Assembly: GCA_002731215.1 (NCBI GenBank) | Contig: PCAP01000060.1 | Coordinates: 97-64,096, forward strand | From: Acidobacteriota bacterium | GTDB lineage: Bacteria; Acidobacteriota; UBA890 | DNA: 64,000 nucleotides | Direction of reading: 5' to 3' | Shown here: one piece after another, positions 49,655-59,681 of the stretch | Layout of the letters: each line of letters starts with the position of its first letter | Position numbering within the stretch: position 1 is the stretch's first letter | The notes under the pieces: model-generated | What the model saw: only the letters and a program-made list of their open reading frames with translations | Database searches by the model: none | What the model was told of the DNA's origin: nothing | Made by a program: the position numbers and the translations under genes

Positions 49655-49780
49655 CTTAGCCTCTTGAAACCGGCAGAGCCTTAAGGCAGTTGTCCCAAAA
49701 ATCGACACAACGGTTCCTGGCCATCTTCAAGCGCCCCTATCTCTATGGCTTCGGCCTGAGAGACCTTCCGCTTGCGCAAG

Positions 49781-51412
49781 TTAGGGGTACGCACCGTCCA
49801 CCAGTCCAGATTCCTTGTCCATTGTCTTGAGGCCATCGATTCCCAGAAGAAGTTGCACTGCGGTTCGTACTCCGCTGTCAGCTGCGACCGTTCCATGCCG
49901 ATGGAGCATCGACAGCATCGTCCGCCTACGCAACAAGTCTCCAGGTCGAACAATCCGTTCGTGTCGACCCATCACCAGCACCTCTGCCTTGCTCAGGGGG
50001 TCGAGGATGCTCATTGGTTGTGCCAAGTCTTCATCACCCCGAACAAGATCCAAAACTTCGTCCATGCGTGTACCGTGTCGCCGCCAGATGAGAGCAGCAA
50101 CTTCTCGGTCAATGTCCAATCTTGCTGCTCTGTCCAACGCGAGTACACGCTCACCTTTAGAAGCTTCACCGAACCACCGAGCAACTGGCGGCATCGGTTG
50201 CAAACCACAGTCACTGACAGCTTCGACGACCTCAGCGCCCACATTCAGACAATCTGACAGTTTTCCACCTAGGACTGACACGACTCGTCTTCGCTTGTCA
50301 GCCTCTACTGCATGACGGCGTGATAACTCTGTCCAATCACGGCGTTTCGCAGAGCCACCCGGTGGGACAACCAAGGCTCGAACACCGCACCGCTCGGAGA
50401 TTACATCGGCCGTATCTAAGGGGGTTTCAAGGTCAAGCCTCTGGTTCACCTGGTCGAGGAGAAATGCCCTGTCTGCATCGCTGACAGCGACGTCAGGATC
50501 ATCGACAGAAGTGTCCGTTGTTCCGATCACGGAACGGTGCCCCATCGGAAGAATATAAAAAAGCCGTTCGGCATCGTCGAAGAAAGCGAGGATTCTCCCG
50601 GAGTCAGTCACCTGGGGCACAGTTAGGTGAACTCCCTTCGAAAACACCAGACGGTTGGCAGTAGTCGTCCCTGTAAGAGACCCAAGGACTGGCACTTCCG
50701 GTCCGGCTGTATTTACTAGCACCTGTGCGGTTGACTCAAGAACAGAGTCCGTTACCTGGTCGCGGATCATCAACTTCCAGGTTCCTGCGGCGAACTCAGC
50801 TGACTCCAACTTCGCGTAGTTAGCAACGACAGCCCCATGCTTCTCGGCGCCGATAATCATCTCAGACACGAATCGCGAGTCGTTGTCAGCAAGGAGATAG
50901 TCGGAGTACTCGATTCCTCCCCTGATCCCGTTGGTTGCCACTGCAGGCTCCAAGCGGTGGATCGTAGATCTATTTCTATGGCGAGGACGTGCTGTATGAA
51001 AGCGGCCAAGACCCCAATAGGCGTTAGCGCCGAGGGCAGCGAACCATGGAGCAAAGGTGGCGCCCTGTTCAAGCACCGCCATGAAACGCTTTTCAAGCAT
51101 CTGTGTCGGATACGCGGCGGCTAGCCGGTTCCTTGAACGACACAGCCCGGCCACAAGACCAATGTCGTAACTCTCTAGGTATTTGAAGCCCCCCCAAATC
51201 ATGTTGGAGGACTCTTGGCTCGTTCCCGAGGCAAAGTCATCGGCCTCAACAATTCCGACCTTTAGACCGTGCGCAGAAAGAGAGAGTGCTGCGACGGCAC
51301 CGTTGATACCACCGCCGACTACCACCACATCAAATCTGGAGGCCGTCAACCTGTCAAAAGAATCATCTCGCTGCAACGTTTCACCGTGGCGATGGGGCTT
51401 GTCCAAATGCAC
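49781..51412 (-). CDS. glpD: FAD-dependent glycerol-3-phosphate dehydrogenase
   Basis: FAD motif DVVVVGGGINGAVAAL plus GlpD/GlpA family central and C-terminal domains across 543 aa. Confidence 0.8.
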   Translation of the reverse strand: MHLDKPHRHGETLQRDDSFDRLTASRFDVVVVGGGINGAVAALSLSAHGLKVGIVEADDFASGTSQESSNMIWGGFKYLESYDIGLVAGLCRSRNRLAAAYPTQMLEKRFMAVLEQGATFAPWFAALGANAYWGLGRFHTARPRHRNRSTIHRLEPAVATNGIRGGIEYSDYLLADNDSRFVSEMIIGAEKHGAVVANYAKLESAEFAAGTWKLMIRDQVTDSVLESTAQVLVNTAGPEVPVLGSLTGTTTANRLVFSKGVHLTVPQVTDSGRILAFFDDAERLFYILPMGHRSVIGTTDTSVDDPDVAVSDADRAFLLDQVNQRLDLETPLDTADVISERCGVRALVVPPGGSAKRRDWTELSRRHAVEADKRRRVVSVLGGKLSDCLNVGAEVVEAVSDCGLQPMPPVARWFGEASKGERVLALDRAARLDIDREVAALIWRRHGTRMDEVLDLVRGDEDLAQPMSILDPLSKAEVLVMGRHERIVRPGDLLRRRTMLSMLHRHGTVAADSGVRTAVQLLLGIDGLKTMDKESGLVDGAYP

Positions 51413-51622
51413 TCCTCATGTCTAGCGCCCTGCCTGACGTTAAATGCAACTACTACATGGCCTGGGTCAGGCAGCACATATATACGCCTTCGATCAAGGC
51501 TAAACACGCATCCTTTCAGAAGTAGGAATCAGAGGATCTGCCGCATTGACCCTCTCGCCAAATGCACTATCCAGCACCGAATTCGTCAGTCCTGGCGGCA
51601 TGAACTGCTGTAGCGAACCTGA

Positions 51623-51910
51623 TTAGCAGGCTAGAAGTCGATTAAGTGATTTGGAAAAACCACTTGGTGGGTTAGCGACCTCAACGAGTTTGTTCCTTGA
51701 ACGCTCCCCTCCCACAATGCTCACCGATTGTTTAGGCAACTCGAGTGCACCAGCAAGAGCGCCAATCACTGCTCTGTTGGCCTTCCCATCAACAGCAGGA
51801 ACCTGGACTGTCACAAGTAGCACCCTTTGTGGTCCCCAAGTTCCCCCCACGCTTACTCTGGGTGCTCGGGGTTTGACACGAACCGGAAACCTCAAAGATT
51901 CCGAAGCCAT
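51623..51910 (-). CDS. DUF167 (YggU-like) family protein
   Basis: 95 aa. The VDGKANRAVIGALAGALELPKQSVSIVGGERSRNK motif is typical of DUF167/UPF0235. Confidence 0.65.
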   Translation of the reverse strand: MASESLRFPVRVKPRAPRVSVGGTWGPQRVLLVTVQVPAVDGKANRAVIGALAGALELPKQSVSIVGGERSRNKLVEVANPPSGFSKSLNRLLAC

Positions 51911-52717
51911 TCAGGACTGTTCCACTTCCGGTAGCAGCATCGCCAATTGTCGGGACCTGGCGAATAGCGCACCTGTCGAATCCCATAGGGTGCCAGATTC
52001 AATCATCCTCCCGGCGTGGAGGTCCTCAGTAACGAACCTCCCGCATACCCAGCCAGGAGCTGGTCTTTGACGAACATGAACTGTCAACTCGATCGTCGGT
52101 ACCCACCCAACCTGGCCAAGCAGGCCAAAGATCGGTGGTGGGAACGCATCCGCGAATAGGACCGCCGAGAGGGTGTCCGGTTCGCGACCATCGGCAAACC
52201 TGATCCAACCAATTGTCTCTGCCTGTCCAAGAGTTGTAGCGGTCGCATACTCGGGATGGACCCGCATATCCACCCGGTCACGGATCTTAAGTTCGATACC
52301 TTGTTCCAGCCCAGAACGACTAACGCAGTCTTCCGGAGGCGGCATGTCTGGCATCGTCTCGGTCACGACTTGGCCGTGACCAGGAGCACTATCGAGACAA
52401 CCGAAGGCTGCAAGTACCTCAAGTCGCTTAGTTCCCTTTTGGCTGAGACCCGCTCGTGCCGTCGTGACACTTCGTCCGGCGCGGAGGATTGATGCGGTCA
52501 GGTCAGCCCTAGTGCCTGCAGCCCCTGGGCGAAGAAAGTGGGCCGTGACCGAAATCGGATCAGGGTGAGAGCAAAGTTGTCGTATGGGCTGAAGGGTTGA
52601 CGCCACCAGATAGCCACCATTTGGAAAGTCACCGATATTCCAGCAGTCTGTGAGGAGTGCCTTCCAGCGACCGTCAGCCGTTTGCTCAGCAGCGGTCTCG
52701 AGGTCAAATTGGTAAGT
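51911..52717 (-). CDS. acyl-CoA thioesterase II-like (double hotdog)
   Basis: TesB-like two-hotdog architecture. GTG start chosen where it overlaps the ALDH stop (GTGA), because the longer ATG ORF overlaps the ALDH gene by 170 nt. Confidence 0.6.
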   Translation of the reverse strand, partial: TYQFDLETAAEQTADGRWKALLTDCWNIGDFPNGGYLVASTLQPIRQLCSHPDPISVTAHFLRPGAAGTRADLTASILRAGRSVTTARAGLSQKGTKRLEVLAAFGCLDSAPGHGQVVTETMPDMPPPEDCVSRSGLEQGIELKIRDRVDMRVHPEYATATTLGQAETIGWIRFADGREPDTLSAVLFADAFPPPIFGLLGQVGWVPTIELTVHVRQRPAPGWVCGRFVTEDLHAGRMIESGTLWDSTGALFARSRQLAMLLPEVEQS

Positions 52718-54192
52718 CACCGCATGACGAAGGGGTTCGACATCGGTTGGTCTGATGTATTGATCCAAACACTCTTGGTTCGCGTGTACTCGTAGATGGC
52801 ATCCATACCTGACTCGCGTCCATAACCGCTTTGGCCAAATCCACCGAACGGAGCCACAGGCGAGATTGCCCGATAGGTGTTTACCCATACGATCCCAGAG
52901 CGGATTGCAGCAGCTACGCGATGTGCGCGTGCAACATCACGTGTAAATACGCCCGCTCCTAACCCAAATTCAGTGTCATTTGCTAGCGCTAGTGCCTCCT
53001 CCTCGGTTTCAAAGGACAGGACGGACATGACCGGCCCAAATAGCTCTACCTGTGTGCTTGGGATCGCCTGGCTGGCACATCCGAGAACTGTCGGTTGGAA
53101 ATACCAGCCAGAATCCATTCCGTGTGGTCTATGGCCACCGGCGTGGAGGGTGGCCCCCTGCGAGATCGACTCGGCGACGACAGCCTCTATCCGATCGCGT
53201 TGCGCCTCTGTAGCTAGTGGCCCCATCTGTGTGTCCTCATCCAGCGGATCACCGATGCGGACGGCCTCTGCACGCCTAACTACCTCACGGATGAACTCCT
53301 CATGGATCCCTGCTTGCACGAACACCCGTGAGCCCGCAACACAACTCTGACCACTTGCTCCGAAATTGCCGGCGATCGCACCGTTTACTGCCCCTTCAAG
53401 GTCAGCATCATCAAAGATAATGATCGGTGATTTGCCGCCCAACTCCAATGAGACGTGGGCGAAGTTGGCAGCCGTATTGGCTACTACCTTACGTGCCGCC
53501 TCTATGCCACCAGTGAACGCCACACGGCTTACCAGTGGGTGTGCCGTCAGCGCTCGACCGCACGGCTCGCCAAAACCTGTGATTAGGTTGAACACCCCTG
53601 GTGGAAACCCGACCTCGTCAACCAGTTTGGCGAACTCGAGTACAGGTGCAGGTGCCTCCTCCGAGGACTTGATGACGACCGTGTTGCCAGCGGCGAGCGC
53701 TGGTGCCGTCTTTGTGGCAGTGAGGAGCATCTCTGCGTTCCACGGCACAATCCCAGCTACGACCCCGATCGGTTCACGGGTCGTAAAAACGTGGAGGCCA
53801 GGCTTATCTATCGGCAAGGTATTACCCTGAATCTTGTCTGCCAGACCTGCGTAGTAACGGTAGTACTCTGCTACATAGGCAGACTGTCCGCGAGTCTCTA
53901 CGGCCAGCTTCCCACTATCAGTGGTCTCGATGGAGCCGAGGTGTTCAGACCGTTCAGCCATCAAATCAGCTAATGCGAATAACAGTTTTCCGCGACCGGT
54001 CGGGGTCATTTCTGCCCACTCTCCCTCATAGAGAGCACGCCTAGCTGCCCGTACCGACCTATCGACGTCTTCCTCTGCGGCAGCGGGGGCAGTCGCCCAG
54101 GCCACACCTGTCGCCGGGTTCGCGGATTCAAAGCGACTGCCGTCTGCTGCCTCACAGAACTCACCGTCGATATACATCTGGTAGTAGATCAT
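52717..54192 (-). CDS. NAD(P)-dependent aldehyde dehydrogenase
   Basis: ALDH motifs ELGGKSP (Glu active site) and GQSCVAGSR (catalytic Cys) across 491 aa. Confidence 0.9.
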   Translation of the reverse strand: MIYYQMYIDGEFCEAADGSRFESANPATGVAWATAPAAAEEDVDRSVRAARRALYEGEWAEMTPTGRGKLLFALADLMAERSEHLGSIETTDSGKLAVETRGQSAYVAEYYRYYAGLADKIQGNTLPIDKPGLHVFTTREPIGVVAGIVPWNAEMLLTATKTAPALAAGNTVVIKSSEEAPAPVLEFAKLVDEVGFPPGVFNLITGFGEPCGRALTAHPLVSRVAFTGGIEAARKVVANTAANFAHVSLELGGKSPIIIFDDADLEGAVNGAIAGNFGASGQSCVAGSRVFVQAGIHEEFIREVVRRAEAVRIGDPLDEDTQMGPLATEAQRDRIEAVVAESISQGATLHAGGHRPHGMDSGWYFQPTVLGCASQAIPSTQVELFGPVMSVLSFETEEEALALANDTEFGLGAGVFTRDVARAHRVAAAIRSGIVWVNTYRAISPVAPFGGFGQSGYGRESGMDAIYEYTRTKSVWINTSDQPMSNPFVMR

Positions 54193-54971
54193 TGTGTCGC
54201 CCCCGTTTCTAGAAAGTTGATTAGCGCTGTGACAAACAACTCAGGTGCCTCGATTGGGGGCAGGTGGTGCAGCTTGTTCAAGATGCGGGCCTGTCCATTC
54301 TGGACAGCTCCTGCCAATGCAGTGGACATCTCTACCGTTGAACCGAGGTCAAACTCTCCTGTCATAGCGAGGACGGGCTCTTGGATTCGTTGCGCCCCTT
54401 CTGGCATCAGCGGGTCGCCTTCAATGAACAGGTTATAAGCCTTCAAATATGCGGATAGGTCAGTCGACTGAAGTCTTTCCCGTATGGCGAGGACACGCTC
54501 TGGATGCTCGGCTTGCCATGCGGGTTTGAACCAGCGGTCAACAGCCATCTTGGCTACCGCGTTCATTCCGTCTGTCTCTGTGATAGCCAGACGCTCCTTG
54601 AGTTCCTCAATCTGATTGGCACTCCGATCAAACACAGTGTTCAACAACACCAATTTTCCAAAACGACCTTGATTGCGTATAGAGGTGGCTAGGGCCACCA
54701 TCCCCCCCAGGGATATGCCGACAACCTCTGGTTGATCCAAGTCTTGTGATTGAACTACGTGAAGGAGTTCCGACACGAAGTCTTCTATGCTCCGATCACC
54801 CGGCAAGTCTGGAGTACGACCGTGGCCCATCATGTCATATCTCACGATTCTCCTGTGGCCCGCCAGGCTGCTGGCCACAAGGTCCCACATGGTGTGATCC
54901 AGTCCAACACCGTGGATTAAGAGAAGAGGTGCCCCAGTACCCTCTACCCGGATAAAAGTCTCGTGCTTCAT
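54189..54971 (-). CDS. alpha/beta hydrolase (enol-lactonase-like)
   Basis: HGVG oxyanion motif (LLLIHGVGLD) and nucleophile elbow GISLGG. Confidence 0.75.
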   Translation of the reverse strand: MKHETFIRVEGTGAPLLLIHGVGLDHTMWDLVASSLAGHRRIVRYDMMGHGRTPDLPGDRSIEDFVSELLHVVQSQDLDQPEVVGISLGGMVALATSIRNQGRFGKLVLLNTVFDRSANQIEELKERLAITETDGMNAVAKMAVDRWFKPAWQAEHPERVLAIRERLQSTDLSAYLKAYNLFIEGDPLMPEGAQRIQEPVLAMTGEFDLGSTVEMSTALAGAVQNGQARILNKLHHLPPIEAPELFVTALINFLETGATQ

Positions 54972-55555
54972 TCAGGGTTGAGGCCCATTTCCTCCATATC
55001 GGAGTAACGGTTGCCTATCCGATGGTGGGGTCTCCCACCTATGGATGCACCGATGGCAATGACGATCTCATCAGGACCGGGCGCGTCGGCCACGTGCATC
55101 TCAAGGGTGAGATAGTGGGATCTCCAGCCTGGGTCAACCTTGTGCATCATGGGAATCGAAATGAGCGCTCCTGGCCCACCCCTCGTGTTCGTGAACGAAA
55201 GGTATGAAGATCCACGCACTGCATCCCTGAACACGTTCCCAAATCTGAGCGTGTGGATTATCGCCGAGCCATGCTCGACCTCGCCTGAAGTTCCGACCAT
55301 CGCAGCCTTGCCATATGCCTCGACGGCTTCACCGCCTCCTGTTGCCTCGATAAGCCTAGATACGAGCAATTCGCCCATTTCCGGTGCCACCTCAAGAATC
55401 TCGGGAGACAGATCTTCCACGAAACCAGCTCCAGCCCATGGGTTGGCAATGACAGCGCCGACACCAAATAACAACAGGGGTGGTTCGGCCACACGTCCAC
55501 CCTCGATCAGGACCTCCTCGGAATGTAGGACCAACTTGCGCACTTGGAGAGCCAT
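54968..55555 (-). CDS. 'amino acid synthesis' family protein (PF06684-like), function unknown
   Basis: 195 aa. N-terminal VRKLVLHSEEVLIEGGRVAEPPLLLFGVGAVIANPWAG closely resembles the PF06684 family N-terminus. Confidence 0.55.
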   Translation of the reverse strand: MALQVRKLVLHSEEVLIEGGRVAEPPLLLFGVGAVIANPWAGAGFVEDLSPEILEVAPEMGELLVSRLIEATGGGEAVEAYGKAAMVGTSGEVEHGSAIIHTLRFGNVFRDAVRGSSYLSFTNTRGGPGALISIPMMHKVDPGWRSHYLTLEMHVADAPGPDEIVIAIGASIGGRPHHRIGNRYSDMEEMGLNPE

Positions 55556-56721
55556 CAGACCATTTCACTCCGGAGTTGCTCCTCTGGGAAGAGAGGCATC
55601 ACCTGCTCGGTAAACATGGTGATGCTGTCCATCACAGCCTCGTGCGGCACCCCGGGGAAACTGGACCACAACAGGAGGGTTTTCAGGTTCAACTTGTCTC
55701 TCATCTCTTGGATCTGTTCAGCGACGTACTCGGGGGAGCCAAACAGCAGGTTGCGTGGGTGAAGCCACTCGTAGGAAAGGTGGTCCAACTTGCCACCGCC
55801 GTGAGGCAAAACCTCTCCAGGAAACATGTGGTTTCCAAGACCCCTGAAGTGGCAGACCCATTCGAGGTAAGTCAGGATCCCCTGGCCGCCAAGCCTTTCC
55901 GCCTCTTCCATTGTCTCGGTAACAAAGAGGTCGCGGACCAGCGCCACTCCATCGCCCATCTCAAGTTCTTCGCCTCGGGCCTCTGAAGCGGCATCGCGGT
56001 ACATCTCAAAGCGCGGCACCATTGCATCAGTGGGAGGGATCCAGAACATGCCCTGGAGGTCGTTCTTTGCAGCGAACTGGATTGAGGGAGGAGTGTCAAT
56101 TACCTGCCAGAGCGGTGGATGCGGCTTCTGTAATGGCCGCGGCACTACAGCTAGGGCCGTGATCTCACCAGTCTCGACGTCGGTATTTGCTCCCGTTGCT
56201 GGACTCATCGAATGCTCGAAGGTAAGCCCCGGTTGGGGAAATGTGAAGTGCTCGCCTTCGAAGGAGAAGAACTCCTCTGTCCAGCATCGCCGCATAACCT
56301 CAAGGGTCTCGGCGAATAGGGAACGGTTGAGTTCCGAGTTCCTTACGTCGGAGGCGGGGTTCATGTTGACGGCCTCACGGGGATAAATACCCCGTCCGAC
56401 ACCGACCTCCAAACGACCAGCACTCATGTGGTCAAGCATTGCAAGATCCTCGGCAAGCCGGATCGGATGGTGAAAAGTAATGATGCTGGCAGCCTGCCCG
56501 ACTCTGATCTGTTCTGTGCGTGCAGCCAGATCAGCTGTCATGAGGATCGGGTTTGGGCAGACCTCCAACCCCTCGTGGCCAAAGTGGTGCTCAGTTGTCC
56601 AAATTGAATGCCAGCCGTTTCGATCACAGTAGCTGGCTATCTCACGACCCTCCTCAACCACTTCGTGAAATGGCTTGGTGAGTCCGATGTTGTTTTGGTT
56701 TAGAAAATAACCGAAGTGCAT
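55555..56721 (-). CDS. LLM-class flavin-dependent oxidoreductase (luciferase-like)
   Basis: TIM-barrel LLM motifs (IWTTEHHF, GRLEVGVGRG). The start was set at Met of MHFGYFL. Confidence 0.8.
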   Translation of the reverse strand: MHFGYFLNQNNIGLTKPFHEVVEEGREIASYCDRNGWHSIWTTEHHFGHEGLEVCPNPILMTADLAARTEQIRVGQAASIITFHHPIRLAEDLAMLDHMSAGRLEVGVGRGIYPREAVNMNPASDVRNSELNRSLFAETLEVMRRCWTEEFFSFEGEHFTFPQPGLTFEHSMSPATGANTDVETGEITALAVVPRPLQKPHPPLWQVIDTPPSIQFAAKNDLQGMFWIPPTDAMVPRFEMYRDAASEARGEELEMGDGVALVRDLFVTETMEEAERLGGQGILTYLEWVCHFRGLGNHMFPGEVLPHGGGKLDHLSYEWLHPRNLLFGSPEYVAEQIQEMRDKLNLKTLLLWSSFPGVPHEAVMDSITMFTEQVMPLFPEEQLRSEMV

Positions 56722-56866
56722 GTCCGTAATCTCTGTCAGGCGACTGGTCCCTGGGCACACACCGTTTTTCCTCGCTGCCTGCCCGACTCGAGGTTCGCAT
56801 GATGCTAGGACGCCGCCAACGTTTAGGTCAACGTCGCACACAAGCCTGGTTAGTTTGAAATCTGAT

Positions 56867-58036
56867 TTACCCGATCACCGGCAGTTCCCGTTCTGCGCGC
56901 CATGAGAGCAAATGTGCGCCGTCCTCTCGGATCACCACGTTCTCCTCATGAAGCATCAACTTGCCTGGTTCCCAGGTAAAGCCAGGTTCCAAAGTGAGCA
57001 CCATGCCTTCAACAATCTCGGTGGCATCTCCAGCAGTATTTGAAGGCCATTCGGTCACCTGCATTCCTAGCCCATGTCCGAGTCGACCGACCGAGTTGCC
57101 AAGGGAGCCACCATCAGTGAGAACTTCAGCCGTGGCAGCCCAAACATCGCTAGTGGTTGCACCAGGACGCATCGATGCGAGCCCGGCTTCTGTTGCCTCC
57201 CAGACTGTCCGGTAGGCCTGCGCTGCACCCGGATCAGGCTCTCCAAAGGAATAGTTGCGATCAAAGTCACTGAAATAGCCGGCGTACGTTGAACCTGTGT
57301 CGAACATGAGTAGGTCTCCGCGTTCGATTACTCGGTCGGTCGGCTGCTTGATCACGTCCGAGAAGCCCGGTCCGCTTGCCCCAACCAGGTAGGGCACATC
57401 GTCAGCGCCTCTTCGCAGAAGTTCGATCTTGAAGGCCTTGAATGCGTCTCGTTCGCTCATCCCAATACCCACGAGCTCTGGAAGTACAGCGAATGACTCG
57501 GAGACAATCCTGCAGATGTGGGTGATATTGGCTATCTCCGCCTCAGACTTGACCATACGCAAGGAGCGCACAATGTTCGTTGCATCAACGAGAGTGGCAT
57601 CCCCTAAGTGCCTCTGAAGCATTTCATAGTCGCTTAGAGGCATCCGCAGGTGCGTCTCCGCGGCCATTGGAAGGCCGATCCGACCGGCTGGACCGGCTAG
57701 ATCAAGGAGTGTGGAGGCGAGCAAGGTGACACCTTCGTCCTCTGGTTGCGGAGCTGGCCATGTGCGGATGTCATCAACCCATGTGCCTGACATCGCGCTC
57801 TCCCCTATTCCAGGAATGACAGCGATGGGCTTTCCCTCCGTGGGGATCACTGTGAACCAGGGACGCGTCGGGCTCTGCCAAAACGGCGTATGGAAGCCAG
57901 TGAAGTATCTGACCTCGGGTTCGGTGCATACGAGAAGGCAGGCGACTCCAGCCTGTGCCATTTTCGCCTGGGCCGCCTGGGTTCGACGTCTAAATTCAGA
58001 CTCGGGGAACCCGCGAGATGGAGTCAGTTCATTCAA
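56867..58036 (-). CDS. M24 family hydrolase, creatinase/prolidase/ectoine-hydrolase (DoeA/EutD)-like
   Basis: Creatinase N-terminal domain (FRRRTQAAQAKMAQAGVACLLV) plus pita-bread catalytic domain with metal ligands (FDTGSTYAGYFSD...LEPG). Probable TTG start overlapping the upstream stop (TTGA). Confidence 0.7.
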   Translation of the reverse strand: MNELTPSRGFPESEFRRRTQAAQAKMAQAGVACLLVCTEPEVRYFTGFHTPFWQSPTRPWFTVIPTEGKPIAVIPGIGESAMSGTWVDDIRTWPAPQPEDEGVTLLASTLLDLAGPAGRIGLPMAAETHLRMPLSDYEMLQRHLGDATLVDATNIVRSLRMVKSEAEIANITHICRIVSESFAVLPELVGIGMSERDAFKAFKIELLRRGADDVPYLVGASGPGFSDVIKQPTDRVIERGDLLMFDTGSTYAGYFSDFDRNYSFGEPDPGAAQAYRTVWEATEAGLASMRPGATTSDVWAATAEVLTDGGSLGNSVGRLGHGLGMQVTEWPSNTAGDATEIVEGMVLTLEPGFTWEPGKLMLHEENVVIREDGAHLLSWRAERELPVIG

Positions 58037-58812
58037 CTGGCACCCACATTTTGCTCGAGTGTGAAGAGACGTCCTAAGTCTTGAACCTCGTCGTCTACTC
58101 CAGCCAGTCTCAACATGTGCCATATGAGCGCGAGGTTGCTCGATACGACAGGCTTGCCCATGCGGTGTTCAATATCTGTAACCACTCCGAAGGTTCTGAG
58201 ACTGGTACAGGAGACGAATACCGCCTCGCATACGTCAGCCCCACCCACACGGACTGCGGCGTCGGCTACAGCCTGCTCTGAAATCCTTGCGACCAGGTGG
58301 TCATCTGGTTCAAGAAAAGAAGCTACGGCTACCACCTCGATACCGACAGACTCGAAGTGCCCGACTATGCGGCGTGTCACATCAGCCGTGTAGGGAGTGA
58401 CCACACCGATTCTTTGAACCCCAAGAGCGGTAAAGGCAGCAACAGCTGCTTTGATGGGATTGGTAGATGGCACCCCAGGGTGGGCCGAGTCGAATGCTGC
58501 CTCAACGGCAGGCTCACCTATGAGGGTGGCTGCCGACGTGCAACCGTAACCGATGGCATCCAGTTTGAGTTCAATGGGAAGCAGGGACGCCGCCAGAGGC
58601 AACCTCTCCTCCATAGCTGTCAAGGTTTCAGGGGTGACTGTGGCATCGTTGGCTATTCGCGCGATGTAGTGCGTTACCTCTTTTATCCGAATTTCTCGAA
58701 GTTCAGCCTCAAGTGTGTGATCGGACTCCAGGACGACAACTCCCAGTTTTGCGCGCCTGCCAAGACCCTCATCCGTTGTGAACTCGAGTTGGACTAGGTC
58801 AAGTTCGCTCAC
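58033..58812 (-). CDS. Asp/Glu/hydantoin racemase superfamily protein (maleate isomerase / arylmalonate decarboxylase / EutA-like)
   Basis: Two catalytic Cys contexts, GYGCTSA and VFVSCTSLRT, match the maleate isomerase motifs. Confidence 0.7.
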   Translation of the reverse strand: MSELDLVQLEFTTDEGLGRRAKLGVVVLESDHTLEAELREIRIKEVTHYIARIANDATVTPETLTAMEERLPLAASLLPIELKLDAIGYGCTSAATLIGEPAVEAAFDSAHPGVPSTNPIKAAVAAFTALGVQRIGVVTPYTADVTRRIVGHFESVGIEVVAVASFLEPDDHLVARISEQAVADAAVRVGGADVCEAVFVSCTSLRTFGVVTDIEHRMGKPVVSSNLALIWHMLRLAGVDDEVQDLGRLFTLEQNVGAS

Positions 58813-59681
58813 ATGTCCACCGTGTAGAGCTCCTGTTGGTTGAAAAATGATGCCCCCGTGGGTACTTCTGGATACTCCATCTCAACGTCAGTGCATCTCA
58901 ACCGGTTGGTGGCTTCGCCCCGCAGTACCTCACCTTCGTAGATAGATGGTACGTGACAGACCTGTAGTGGCTTGCAGTCCTCGGCCTTGTACCCACAGAT
59001 GAACACAGTGCGAGGCTGATCTGAAAGATTTGGCATCGATCCATGCAGGGTGCGCCCATGCATGAGAGCCGCTGACCCGGATGATCCTAGGATTGGGACC
59101 CTTAGAGCACTTGCTTTTTCGAGCACGGAGTTTGAAACAGTGCCTGTGAACACCCCGTCATGCCAGTGGTCATACAGGGGTCCTCTGTGGCTGCCAGGTA
59201 CGACTTCAAGCGGGCCGTTTTCCTTAGTTATCTCATCGATGAAGTAGAGCACGGTGATCATGTCATCGTTGGTGTGGGGCTCGAAAAGGAAGTCCTGGTG
59301 CCACTTCACTTCAGTACTTGTGCCAGGCAACTTGGAATTCACCTTGGAGTGACCGAACGCCACGTTCGGTCCGATCAGTTGGGCCACCGCGTCTACAGCG
59401 AGACACGAACGCATAACGTCAAGGTAGGCGTCTGACAGTTCAATGGGGGAAGCAACGCGTCGTATGGCAGGTGTCTCTGCGGTGTGACCGGGCTCCAGAT
59501 CAAAACGAGGTCTTCCATCCTGCATGTGGCCATATGGTTCGGTGTGGGAACGGCTTTCGTCGATCCATCCCTCAAACTCAACTGCCAAGGTCGCAATCTT
59601 CTCAACGGGCACCGCATTTTCGAGCAGCAGGTAGCCGTTACTCCAAAATGAGTCGATCTGTGCCTGATCCAAAACCTGCAT
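58809..59681 (-). CDS. phytanoyl-CoA dioxygenase (PhyH) family Fe(II)/2-oxoglutarate oxygenase
   Basis: H-x-D...H facial triad context (KWHQDFLF...PGSHRG). The start was set at MQVLDQAQIDSFWSNGYLLLEN; the ORF can extend to 59843. Confidence 0.7.
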   Translation of the reverse strand: MQVLDQAQIDSFWSNGYLLLENAVPVEKIATLAVEFEGWIDESRSHTEPYGHMQDGRPRFDLEPGHTAETPAIRRVASPIELSDAYLDVMRSCLAVDAVAQLIGPNVAFGHSKVNSKLPGTSTEVKWHQDFLFEPHTNDDMITVLYFIDEITKENGPLEVVPGSHRGPLYDHWHDGVFTGTVSNSVLEKASALRVPILGSSGSAALMHGRTLHGSMPNLSDQPRTVFICGYKAEDCKPLQVCHVPSIYEGEVLRGEATNRLRCTDVEMEYPEVPTGASFFNQQELYTVDM

